A DNA stretch of 59,098 nucleotides, filler included. It is 4 parts of 4 records of this genome, joined end to end, with 100 filler letters (N's around TTAATTAATTAA, not from the genome) between each part and the next. Parts side by side here need not be neighbours in the genome. Positions count along the whole stretch, not along the records: positions 36,569 to 59,098 come from SRR31156797_6706; 3 more parts are not named here. One strand, written 5' to 3'. The notes beneath the pieces were generated by a model that ran no database searches, was not told the DNA's origin, and worked only from the letters and a program-made list of their open reading frames with translations. The translations under genes and the position numbers were made by a program. This document shows positions 49,176-59,098 of the stretch, one piece after another (position 1 is the first letter of the stretch; each line of letters begins with the position of its first letter).

Positions 49176-49553
49176 ATGGCACGTATTGTTGGGGTTGATT
49201 TACCTAAAAACAAAAGAGGTGTTGTCGGTTTAACTTACATTTACGGTATTGGAGACAGTACTGCAAAGACTATTTTAAAGAAGGCCGATATACCTGAAGA
49301 TACGAAGGTGAAAGACTGGACCGATGATCAAATTGCTTCTTTGCGTTCAATTATTAATGAACAGTATACATTAGAGGGAGAATTACGCTCAATGGTTCAG
49401 ATGAACATCAAACGCTTGATGGATATCGCTAGTTATAGAGGTATACGTCATCGTGTTGGTATGCCTGTGCGCGGTCAAAATACACAAAATAACGCCCGCA
49501 CAAGGAAAGGAAAGAAAAAAACAGTTGCTAATAAAAAGAAAGCTACCAAATAG
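49176..49553 (+). CDS. rpsM: 30S ribosomal protein S13
   Basis: [16 protein letters not shown]...PVRGQ. Confidence 0.98.
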   Translation: MARIVGVDLPKNKRGVVGLTYIYGIGDSTAKTILKKADIPEDTKVKDWTDDQIASLRSIINEQYTLEGELRSMVQMNIKRLMDIASYRGIRHRVGMPVRGQNTQNNARTRKGKKKTVANKKKATK

Positions 49554-49565
49554 GAGAGTTAGGAT

Positions 49566-49955
49566 ATGGCACAGAAGTCTAAGACAAGTAGAAAGCGTGT
49601 TGTTAAGGTGGAAGCCGCAGGTATGGCTTTTATACACTCATCCTTTAACAACATCATTATAACACTTACTAATTCAGATGGTCAAGTAGTTAGCTGGTCA
49701 TCTGCCGGTAAGATGGGATTTAGAGGTTCTAAAAAGAACACTCCGTATGCTGCTCAGGTAGCTGCAGCGGATTGTGCAAAAGTTGCCAAAGATGCAGGTA
49801 TGCGCAAAGTTAAAGTTTACGTTAAAGGCCCTGGTGCTGGACGTGAATCAGCTATTCGTACCTTGCACAATGAAGGTATCATTGTAACAGAAATTATTGA
49901 CAAAACTCCTCTGCCACATAATGGTTGTAGACCACCAAAACGTAGAAGAGTATAA
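49566..49955 (+). CDS. rpsK: 30S ribosomal protein S11
   Basis: [17 protein letters not shown]. Confidence 0.98.
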   Translation: MAQKSKTSRKRVVKVEAAGMAFIHSSFNNIIITLTNSDGQVVSWSSAGKMGFRGSKKNTPYAAQVAAADCAKVAKDAGMRKVKVYVKGPGAGRESAIRTLHNEGIIVTEIIDKTPLPHNGCRPPKRRRV

Positions 49956-49980
49956 TTTTAGTTAATAAAAGAAATTAATC

Positions 49981-50589
49981 ATGGCAAAATATACAGGACC
50001 TAAAACAAAAATTGCTCGCAAATTTGGTGAGCCAATTTTTGGACCAGATAAATACCTGGAAAGAAAAAATTATCCACCTGGAGAGCATGGTGCTGCCAGG
50101 AAAAGAAAAAAACAGTCTGAATATGGTATTCAGTTAGCTGAAAAACAAAAAGCTAAATACACTTACGGTGTTTTGGAACGTCAGTTTAGAAACATGTTCA
50201 AAAGAGCACAACGTAGTAAAGGTGTAACTGGAGTTGAATTATTACAACTGCTAGAATCAAGATTAGACAACGTAGTATATCGTTTAGGAATTGGTTCAAC
50301 TAGAGCTGGAGCTCGTCAATTAGTGAACCATAGACACATTACTGTGAACGGTGAAGTTGTTAATATTCCTTCTTACCAGGTGAAAAAAGGTGACATTGTT
50401 GGGGTACGTGAAAAATCAAAATCACTTGAAGTGATTGCTGATTCACTATCAACAAACAGTGCTAATAAATACGCTTGGTTAGAATGGGATCAGGAAACTC
50501 TTACTGGAAAATTTATAAATGTTCCTGAAAGAGAAGAAATTCCTGAGAACATCCAAGAGCAGTTAATCGTTGAATTGTATTCTAAGTAA
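49981..50589 (+). CDS. rpsD: 30S ribosomal protein S4
   Basis: [20 protein letters not shown]. Confidence 0.98.
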   Translation: MAKYTGPKTKIARKFGEPIFGPDKYLERKNYPPGEHGAARKRKKQSEYGIQLAEKQKAKYTYGVLERQFRNMFKRAQRSKGVTGVELLQLLESRLDNVVYRLGIGSTRAGARQLVNHRHITVNGEVVNIPSYQVKKGDIVGVREKSKSLEVIADSLSTNSANKYAWLEWDQETLTGKFINVPEREEIPENIQEQLIVELYSK

Positions 50590-50601
50590 AAAGATTTATT
50601 T

Positions 50602-51597
50602 ATGGCCATTTTAGCTTTTCAAAAGCCAGATAAAGTCATTATGCTCGAAGCTGATGACGCTTTCGGTAAATTCGAATTCCGTCCGCTTGAACCGGGTTAT
50701 GGTATGACTATTGGAAATGCACTTCGCCGCATATTATTATCTTCATTAGAAGGTTTTGCCATTACATCGGTAAAAATTGAAGGCGTAGATCATGAATTTT
50801 CATCAATTCCTGGAGTCATTCAGGATGTAACTGAGATAATTTTGAATCTCAAACAAGTTCGACTCAAAAGAGTAATTGAAGAACAAGAAAATGAGAAATT
50901 CACAGTTACAATAAGCGGCCAGAATAAATTTGTCGCCGGTGATATGAATAAATACCTTACCAATTTTGAAGTACTTAACCAGGATCTAGTGATATGTGAA
51001 ATGGAGTCTGATGTTAAACTTCAAATGGATGTTACTATTGAAAAAGGTAGAGGTTATGTTCCGGCGGAAGAGAATTTTAAAGAGGATAATGAGATTGGCG
51101 TTATTGCCACTGATTCCATCTTTACACCTATTAAAAATGTAAAATTTGACATTGAAAATTATAGGGTAGAGCAAAAAACTGACTACGAAAAGTTAGTTTT
51201 TGAAATCACAACAGATGGATCAATTCATCCAAAAGACGCACTTAAAGAAGCTGCAAAAATTCTAATCTATCATTTCATGTTATTCTCAGATGAGAAAATT
51301 ACATTAGATAATGATGAAGATTATGGAAATGAAGAATTCGATGAAGAAGTATTGCATACAAGACAACTTCTTAAAACTAAATTGATAGACTTAGATCTTT
51401 CAGTTCGTGCATTGAATTGCCTTAAAGCAGCAGATGTTGAAACATTGGGTGATCTTGTGGTATATAACAAAAATGACTTATTGAAATTCCGTAACTTCGG
51501 TAAAAAATCATTGACTGAGTTAGAAGAGTTACTAGGTAATATGAACCTTAACTTCGGGATGGATATAGGCAAGTATAAACTAGACAAGGACAGTTAA
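50602..51597 (+). CDS. rpoA: RNA polymerase alpha subunit
   Basis: [32 protein letters not shown]. Confidence 0.98.
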   Translation: MAILAFQKPDKVIMLEADDAFGKFEFRPLEPGYGMTIGNALRRILLSSLEGFAITSVKIEGVDHEFSSIPGVIQDVTEIILNLKQVRLKRVIEEQENEKFTVTISGQNKFVAGDMNKYLTNFEVLNQDLVICEMESDVKLQMDVTIEKGRGYVPAEENFKEDNEIGVIATDSIFTPIKNVKFDIENYRVEQKTDYEKLVFEITTDGSIHPKDALKEAAKILIYHFMLFSDEKITLDNDEDYGNEEFDEEVLHTRQLLKTKLIDLDLSVRALNCLKAADVETLGDLVVYNKNDLLKFRNFGKKSLTELEELLGNMNLNFGMDIGKYKLDKDS

Positions 51598-51599
51598 AG

Positions 51600-52451
51600 A
51601 TGAGACACAATAAAAAAATTAACCATTTAGGACGTAAGCATGGTCATAGAAGTGCTATGCTATCTAATATGGCTTCTTCATTGATTATGCATAAGCGCAT
51701 AAAAACAACTGTGCCAAAAGCTAAAGCATTACGTTCGTTTGTAGAACCTTTAATTACAAAATCTAAAGTAGATTCTACTCATTCACGTCGAGTTGTATTT
51801 AGCTATTTACAAAACAAGCATAGTGTATCTGAATTATTCAGAGATGTAGCAGTAAAAGTTGGTGATCGTCCGGGAGGATATACACGTATTCTTAAAATCG
51901 GTACGCGTATGGGAGATAATGCTGAAATGTGTATTATTGAGCTTGTAGATTATAACGAAAACATGCTTAAAGATTCAAAATCAAGCAAATCATCTTCTTC
52001 ACGCAGACGTCGTAAGAAAAAGCCAACAACTGATGCACAAGCACAAACAACTCAAGTTGAAAACGTAACAGAAGCTCAAGTTGAGGAACCAAAAGCTGAA
52101 GAAGCACAAGTTGAAGAAACAAAACAGGAACCTAAAGCAGAGGCTAAACCAAAGGCTCAGCCTAAAGCGCAAGCTGAAGCAACTGAGAAAGAAGAAAAGC
52201 CTAAAGCTGAAGCTCAGAAAAAAGCAGCTCCTAAGAAAGAAGCAGCTAAACCTGCAGCCAAAGTTGAAGCTAAGTCTGAAGAAAAAGCAGAAGCAAAACC
52301 AAATGCTCAGCCTAAAGCAAAAGCTGAAAAAGCAGAGAAAGAGGAAAAGCCTAAAGCTGAAGCTAAAAAGACGGCTCCTAAAAAAACAGAAGCAAAACCT
52401 GAAGCAAAAGATGATAAAAAAGATGCTGAAGGTTCTGAAGAGAACAAATAA
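51600..52451 (+). CDS. rplQ: 50S ribosomal protein L17 with long K/E/A/P-rich C-terminal extension
   Basis: MRH...[12 protein letters not shown] core; about 160 aa low-complexity tail. Confidence 0.96.
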   Translation: MRHNKKINHLGRKHGHRSAMLSNMASSLIMHKRIKTTVPKAKALRSFVEPLITKSKVDSTHSRRVVFSYLQNKHSVSELFRDVAVKVGDRPGGYTRILKIGTRMGDNAEMCIIELVDYNENMLKDSKSSKSSSSRRRRKKKPTTDAQAQTTQVENVTEAQVEEPKAEEAQVEETKQEPKAEAKPKAQPKAQAEATEKEEKPKAEAQKKAAPKKEAAKPAAKVEAKSEEKAEAKPNAQPKAKAEKAEKEEKPKAEAKKTAPKKTEAKPEAKDDKKDAEGSEENK

Positions 52452-52474
52452 AATTAATTATAAGTTCATGTTTA

Positions 52475-52510
52475 AAAGGGATAAAGAATTAACTTTATCC
52501 CTTTATTTTT
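52475..52510 (+). terminator. Intrinsic terminator after rplQ
   Basis: AAAGGGATAAAG/CTTTATCCCTTT stem plus T run. Confidence 0.85.
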
Positions 52511-52582
52511 GAATAATAATTTTATCCTGATTAATTTCAGGGAAAATATGTATAGAGTGAGAAATTTCATTTGAAGTAGTAA

Positions 52583-53884
<1,302 letters not shown>

Positions 53885-53902
53885 TTAGTTTAACTTAAAT
53901 AT

Positions 53903-53934
53903 AGGCATGGTACGTTGGTATCATGCCTTTTTTT
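53903..53934 (+). terminator. Intrinsic terminator after eno
   Basis: AGGCATGGTAC/GTATCATGCCT stem plus T run. Confidence 0.8.
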
Positions 53935-53938
53935 GCTT

Positions 53939-55741
53939 ATGAGTTACAATGGTTTAAATGATTTTATTCAGAGATTAAGAGAAGAGAATCAATTAATTGA
54001 AATTGATGAGTTTGTTGATCCGAATTTAGAAATTACTGAGATTACTGACCGCTTTAGTAAACAATCTGATGGTGGAAAAGCACTTTTATTTAAAAATAAT
54101 GGGACTAAATTTCCACTATTAATTAATGCTTTTGGGAATAATCTCCGAATGAATATGGCTTTGAAGATAGATTCTGCTGATGAATTTGTCACAAGAATAG
54201 AAGCATTATTTAGTATGTTGAACCAACAACCAGATAACTTATATCAAAAAATTAAAATGGTTCCAAAGCTTGCCGGGTTGGCAAAAATGCTTCCGAAAAA
54301 AGTTAAGGGTAAAGGTATTTGTCAGCAGGTAATTGATGAAAATCCAGATTTAAACAAATTGCCCATTTTAACGTGTTGGCCATTTGATGGAGGACCATTT
54401 ATTACTTATCCAATTGTAAACACGGAAGACCCAGATAGTGGAATGCGTAATATTGGCATGTATCGAATGCAACAAATGTCTGAGAAGTCTACAGGAATGC
54501 ATTGGCACCGGCATAAAGTTGGCGCAAGGCATTACAAAGCTTATAAAGAAAAAGGTGAGAAGATGCCTATAAGTGTTGTTCTTGGCGGGGATCCAGTGTA
54601 TACTTATGCGGCTACAGCACCTGCTCCAGATCATTTCGATGAATATATTATTGCAGGATTTATTCGAAATAAACAAGTTGAATTAGTTAAATGTATTACA
54701 AATGATCTTTATGTGCCTTCTGATGCTGATATTGTAATCGAAGGTTATGTGGATCCTCAGGAGGAATTAGTGTGGGAGGGGCCTTTTGGAGATCATACAG
54801 GATTTTACTCATTGGCTGATTATTATCCTAAATTTCATATCACATGTATTACACATCGAAAGGATGCTGTTTATCCTGCTACAATTGTTGGGGTACCGCC
54901 AATGGAAGACGCTTTTTTAGGAGAGATATCAGAAAAACTATTCCTTAAACCATTACAAATAGGAATTGCCCCTGAAGTAAAAGATATGCATATGCCCGTA
55001 GCAGGTGTTGTCCACAATCTTGTTATAGTAGCTGCTGATATATCCTACCCTGGACAAGCATTTAAAATTGCAAGCTCATTGTGGGGTGCAGGTCAAATGA
55101 TGTTTACAAAATACATTATTGTTGTCGATAAAGACATCGATATTAGGGATTATAGCGCTGTCTTAAAACAAGTAACTGAAAATGTTGATTGGAATAAAGA
55201 TACCTTATTTTCTAAAGGGCCATTGGATATTCTTGATCACGCTTCAGATGTGCAATCCGTAGGAGGCAAATTATGTATTGATGCAACAACTTTGGGCAAA
55301 GAAATAGATGTAAATATATTACCGGATAAAATTAATGGATTTGATATCCGGATTGTATCACCAGCAATGTGTTTTGTGTTTACCGATGATAATACCATTA
55401 TATCTAAAATTCAAACTCTTGTTGATGGATTCTCGGGTGTATTTATATTAGTTGAAAAAGAATTATCTAAACTTAATAATTATACTCTTGCCTGGTATGT
55501 ATTAGGAAATACCGATCCGGTTAGGGATATTCAAGTAATTGAAAACTGCGTTATAATTAATGCTCAAAAGAAACATAGTTCAAAGAGTTTTAAGCGTCCA
55601 TGGCCTGATCTGGTTGTAATGAATGATGCTACAATCAAAGAAATTGATGAAAAATGGATTACATTGAAACTTGGACCTTTTATTGAATCGCCATCAAAAG
55701 CACTTAAAGTAATTGCCAAAGAAAAAGGGGCTGAACTATAG
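53939..55741 (+). CDS. UbiD-family decarboxylase (menaquinone-biosynthesis MqnL-like)
   Basis: CWPFDGGPFIT, RNIGMYRMQ, EGPFGDHTGFY, GPLDILDH; ATG at 53939 preferred. Confidence 0.85.
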   Translation: MSYNGLNDFIQRLREENQLIEIDEFVDPNLEITEITDRFSKQSDGGKALLFKNNGTKFPLLINAFGNNLRMNMALKIDSADEFVTRIEALFSMLNQQPDNLYQKIKMVPKLAGLAKMLPKKVKGKGICQQVIDENPDLNKLPILTCWPFDGGPFITYPIVNTEDPDSGMRNIGMYRMQQMSEKSTGMHWHRHKVGARHYKAYKEKGEKMPISVVLGGDPVYTYAATAPAPDHFDEYIIAGFIRNKQVELVKCITNDLYVPSDADIVIEGYVDPQEELVWEGPFGDHTGFYSLADYYPKFHITCITHRKDAVYPATIVGVPPMEDAFLGEISEKLFLKPLQIGIAPEVKDMHMPVAGVVHNLVIVAADISYPGQAFKIASSLWGAGQMMFTKYIIVVDKDIDIRDYSAVLKQVTENVDWNKDTLFSKGPLDILDHASDVQSVGGKLCIDATTLGKEIDVNILPDKINGFDIRIVSPAMCFVFTDDNTIISKIQTLVDGFSGVFILVEKELSKLNNYTLAWYVLGNTDPVRDIQVIENCVIINAQKKHSSKSFKRPWPDLVVMNDATIKEIDEKWITLKLGPFIESPSKALKVIAKEKGAEL

Positions 55742-55798
55742 TTTTTCAAGCTAGTCAACCATACATAGATTAATTGAATTTTTTCTATCTTTATCAAC

Positions 55799-58700
55799 AT
55801 GAGATTTTTGACCTTAATAATTTTTCTTTTTGCATTGAATGCTATTGGTCAGAACAATGCAGATTTAAAGAATATAAATATCCAGGAAGGTCTTTCTCAA
55901 AGTGTTGTAAACGATATATTAATTGACACAAAAGGATTTTGCTGGATTGGTACACAAAATGGTTTAAACCGCTTTGATGGTTATTCTTTTAAATCATTTT
56001 ATAATAGTCCTGATGATAAATACTCCATTTCTTCTGATTATATCACAGCAATTGCAGAAGATGCAAATGATAATTTATGGATTGGTACTCGCACCGGACT
56101 AAACAAATATGAAAGTCGCAAAGAGCGTTTTATACATTTTGGATTACCTACTAACAATATTGTATTTCCAGAAATTAATGTACGATCTCTTCTAGTCGAT
56201 AATAAAAACTTCATTTGGGTTTTGCTTCCCAATTATCTCGTTCGTATCAATCCAGTTGATCTTGAGTTTAAGATTTTCTCTTTTGGAAATAATAATGCTA
56301 ATTATCAATATTGTGTAGCAAGTAGTTTATATGAAAGCAAGAATGGTAATATTTGGTTTGTGAATGGAAATCGGCTGGTATTATTTGATAAGGTCTTTGA
56401 GAAATTTGAATTCATAGAATTAAAATTACCGGATAGCAAATCATGCATCAATAATGTGTTTGAATATCAATCGAAAATGTTTATTGCTACAGATTTTCGG
56501 ATTTATGAATTGCTGCCAAATCAAGAATTGTCGCTTGCATATAAATTCAATAGTAAGTTTATTGTATTCCAAAATAGAAATAAAGTTTATGCTTCGTTGG
56601 CTAATGGATTGTATGAATTTGTAGACTTTAAGTTTAAACATAAAGTTATATATAAGGATAATCCTGGTGGTGTTAATCGATTTTTGGTTACATCAACAAC
56701 CATCGATAATAGTAATAATATATGGATTGGGACAAGTGGGAAAGGAGTTTTTAAGACTAGTATATCAACGCCGAAATTTGTTAAACTTGAACGTCAGATC
56801 TCCCCAAATCATTATTTATCTGACGATCAGATATCCTCTATTACTGCAGATGAAAATTATTATTGGATTGGAACATATGAATATGGTTTAAATAGGGTTG
56901 ATAAAAGATCAGGAAAAGTAAAAATATTTAATGCTGAAAATACAAAAGGAATTATTCCGGTTGATAATATTTATAGCTTAAAATTGATTGGAAGTCGTTT
57001 GTTTTTGGCAACTGAAAGGGGAATTTATGTCTTGCGTGTAAATAAATATGGAAATATTAACCGTGAGTATCATCCTGATCTTGAAAAATTAGATTTTCAT
57101 ATTTATGACTTGCAACCAGGTGAAGCAAATTCTATTTATTTTGCATATGGAGGAGTGCTTTACCATTATAAATTTTTAACTAAAAGCCTGGAATCACTTG
57201 TATTTGATATTGATAAGGATATTGGTGTAGCAAATACCTATTCTATTGAGGTAGTTAAAGACGATCTTGTTTTTATTGGAACAAGTCATGGTTTGTTTCG
57301 ATTTGACCTAAGAAATAAATATTGGGATCGATTTATATTTAATAAAAGCAATATTCAAACTATCTCATCAAATGTGATTTATGCCCTTGATTACGATAAT
57401 AATGGTAGATTGTGGGTTGGAACATCTAATGGTTTGGATGTAATTGATGATCCCTTTAGTCGAAATCCAATTTTCAAACATTTATTAACTGACCAAAAGC
57501 TGACTGTTTATAGTATTTTGAATACCGGAAAATATACATGGGTTGGAACTGGTAGTGGATTAGTCAGATATAATACTGAAGACAAATCAAAAAGTAAATT
57601 TCATCAATCAGACGGGTTGCCATGTGAAGAGTTTAATATAGGAGCTGTTTTCGAATTTAGTAATGGCAATGTTGCTTTTGGAGGTCAGGGCGGAATTGCA
57701 TTTTTTGATCCGGATTCTGTGCATTTGAGTGATTATAATCCTGAAGTTGAAATATCAAATGCGATTATATACAACTATAAAGGTAAACGAGAGATTCCGG
57801 TTTATTCAGGAGCGAAGATATCTTTGAAAGTATCAGATTTTTTGACTAATATTTATTTTACTTCTCTTGATCATACTGCACCTAAGAAAAATCAGTATCG
57901 TTATAAAGTAAATAATTCTGATTGGCTCCATTTAGGAAATCAAAATTATGCATCATTTTCAAACTTGCAACCTGGCCAATATAAGATTGAAATTAATGGG
58001 AGTAATGCAGATAGGAAATGGAGTTCTAACATTGCCTATTTAACTATCCATGTTCCAAGACCCTGGTATGCAACATGGTGGGCATACTTAATATATACAA
58101 TTGTTGTATTAGCCTTAATTTTATTTAGCATCGAAACCAGGACTAAACGGTTAAGACTAACAAATCAGGTTTTGAAAGAAAAAGAAGCATCTGCTAAACA
58201 GGTTTCAAAGCAAAAAGATCGATTAGTAATGTTGCATAAAAATGTAACTGAGAGTATGAAATATGCTAGTCGCATTCAGCATGCATTATTTCCCACTACA
58301 AATGCATTTAAGCGTATATTACCATGCTCTTTTATAATGCATAGACCAAAGGATATTATTAGCGGTGATTTTTATTGGGCTGTTGAAATTGGACCAAAGA
58401 TTTGTGTTACAGCAGTAGATTGTACCGGTCATGGTGTTCCTGGTGCATTAATGTCAGTAATTGCTATTGAGCTTCTGAAAAAGACTATAATGCAGGAGAG
58501 CTATCGCAAACCTGCTGAGATTTTAAAACAATTGGATACAAATTTGAGTGAATTGTTTGCGACTGATGAAGATGATGTTGAAGAAACTATTGCTGATGGA
58601 ATGGATATGGGCATATGTATGATAGATAGAGAAACAATGACTATTGAATATGCCGGAGCTATAAATTCACTTTATATACTTGACGATGGGGAGCTAACAG

Positions 58701-59011
58701 AAATAAAAGGGAATAGAGTGCCAGTTGGAATGGCCAAGAGTTTTGAAAATTTTGAGTACGATAATCATTATGTTGAGTTCAATGAAGATATGATGTTTTA
58801 TATGACAAGTGATGGATACCCTGATCAATTTGGTGGAAATAATAATAAGAAATATAAATATAATCGTTTTAGAAACTTTTTACTAACTATTGCTGAGCAT
58901 GATATGGATATGCAACAATTGCTTTTGGAAAATAATTTTGATAAATGGCGTGGTAGTAATGAGCAAGTTGACGACGTGCTGGTTGTCGGGTTTAAGGGGA
59001 AGTTTGTTTGA
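55799..59011 (+). CDS. Sensor phosphatase: beta-propeller (Reg_prop) + Y_Y_Y + TM + SpoIIE/PP2C domain
   Basis: GLSQSVV, WIGT.NGLNRFDG repeats, YRYK/FSNLQPGQY, PWY.TWWAY TM, SGDFYW, DCTGHGVPGA, DGMD, SDGYPDQFGG, QVDD. Confidence 0.92.
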   Translation: MRFLTLIIFLFALNAIGQNNADLKNINIQEGLSQSVVNDILIDTKGFCWIGTQNGLNRFDGYSFKSFYNSPDDKYSISSDYITAIAEDANDNLWIGTRTGLNKYESRKERFIHFGLPTNNIVFPEINVRSLLVDNKNFIWVLLPNYLVRINPVDLEFKIFSFGNNNANYQYCVASSLYESKNGNIWFVNGNRLVLFDKVFEKFEFIELKLPDSKSCINNVFEYQSKMFIATDFRIYELLPNQELSLAYKFNSKFIVFQNRNKVYASLANGLYEFVDFKFKHKVIYKDNPGGVNRFLVTSTTIDNSNNIWIGTSGKGVFKTSISTPKFVKLERQISPNHYLSDDQISSITADENYYWIGTYEYGLNRVDKRSGKVKIFNAENTKGIIPVDNIYSLKLIGSRLFLATERGIYVLRVNKYGNINREYHPDLEKLDFHIYDLQPGEANSIYFAYGGVLYHYKFLTKSLESLVFDIDKDIGVANTYSIEVVKDDLVFIGTSHGLFRFDLRNKYWDRFIFNKSNIQTISSNVIYALDYDNNGRLWVGTSNGLDVIDDPFSRNPIFKHLLTDQKLTVYSILNTGKYTWVGTGSGLVRYNTEDKSKSKFHQSDGLPCEEFNIGAVFEFSNGNVAFGGQGGIAFFDPDSVHLSDYNPEVEISNAIIYNYKGKREIPVYSGAKISLKVSDFLTNIYFTSLDHTAPKKNQYRYKVNNSDWLHLGNQNYASFSNLQPGQYKIEINGSNADRKWSSNIAYLTIHVPRPWYATWWAYLIYTIVVLALILFSIETRTKRLRLTNQVLKEKEASAKQVSKQKDRLVMLHKNVTESMKYASRIQHALFPTTNAFKRILPCSFIMHRPKDIISGDFYWAVEIGPKICVTAVDCTGHGVPGALMSVIAIELLKKTIMQESYRKPAEILKQLDTNLSELFATDEDDVEETIADGMDMGICMIDRETMTIEYAGAINSLYILDDGELTEIKGNRVPVGMAKSFENFEYDNHYVEFNEDMMFYMTSDGYPDQFGGNNNKKYKYNRFRNFLLTIAEHDMDMQQLLLENNFDKWRGSNEQVDDVLVVGFKGKFV

Positions 59012-59044
59012 AACAGTTAATTATTTATTAGAAATAAGATAAAA

Positions 59045-59067
59045 AAAAGCGGCCATTAGCCGCTTTT
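59045..59067. terminator. Probable bidirectional terminator
   Basis: AAAAGCGGC/GCCGCTTTT hairpin flanked by A and T runs. Confidence 0.7.
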
Positions 59068-59098
59068 CTCCTGTTTTCCGCTATGCAACACCCTAAAA

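Noticed and set aside
52081-52512. 143-aa K/L/Q-rich ORF
   Set aside because: Alternate frame of the low-complexity rplQ tail.

Overview
The window is four unrelated contigs joined by 100-nt N/TTAATTAATTAA linkers. Contig 1 (1-13006, Bacteroidota-like) carries alkaline phosphatase (partial), fumC, a PspC/LiaF-type envelope pair, a PHP-like protein with a GT39 glycosyltransferase, tadA, a diiron MBL-fold protein with an AraC regulator, comM/yifB and a truncated usher-like OM protein. The MBL/AraC pair sits between comM and a decayed duplicate of the comM 3' end. Contig 2 (13107-24444, AT-rich Bacteroidota) is part of an integrative element on the minus strand: tyrosine-integrase C-terminus, cargo, RteC-domain gene, excisionase-like HTH. 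Its cargo (an LPP20-like protein, two PEGA/FGE-sulfatase proteins, one unknown secreted protein) is punctuated by two orphan copies of the integrase 3' end, which suggests serial cargo accretion at the integrase gene's own 3' end. This is the most interesting signal in the window. Contig 3 (24545-36468, GC-rich, probably Desulfobacterota) is a tightly coupled glycosyltransferase/ABC exporter/methyltransferase/deacetylase/porin operon. Contig 4 (36569-59098, Bacteroidota) is fusA plus the S10-spc-alpha ribosomal cluster, eno, a UbiD-family decarboxylase and a propeller-SpoIIE sensor phosphatase. No rRNA, tRNA or CRISPR array was seen.
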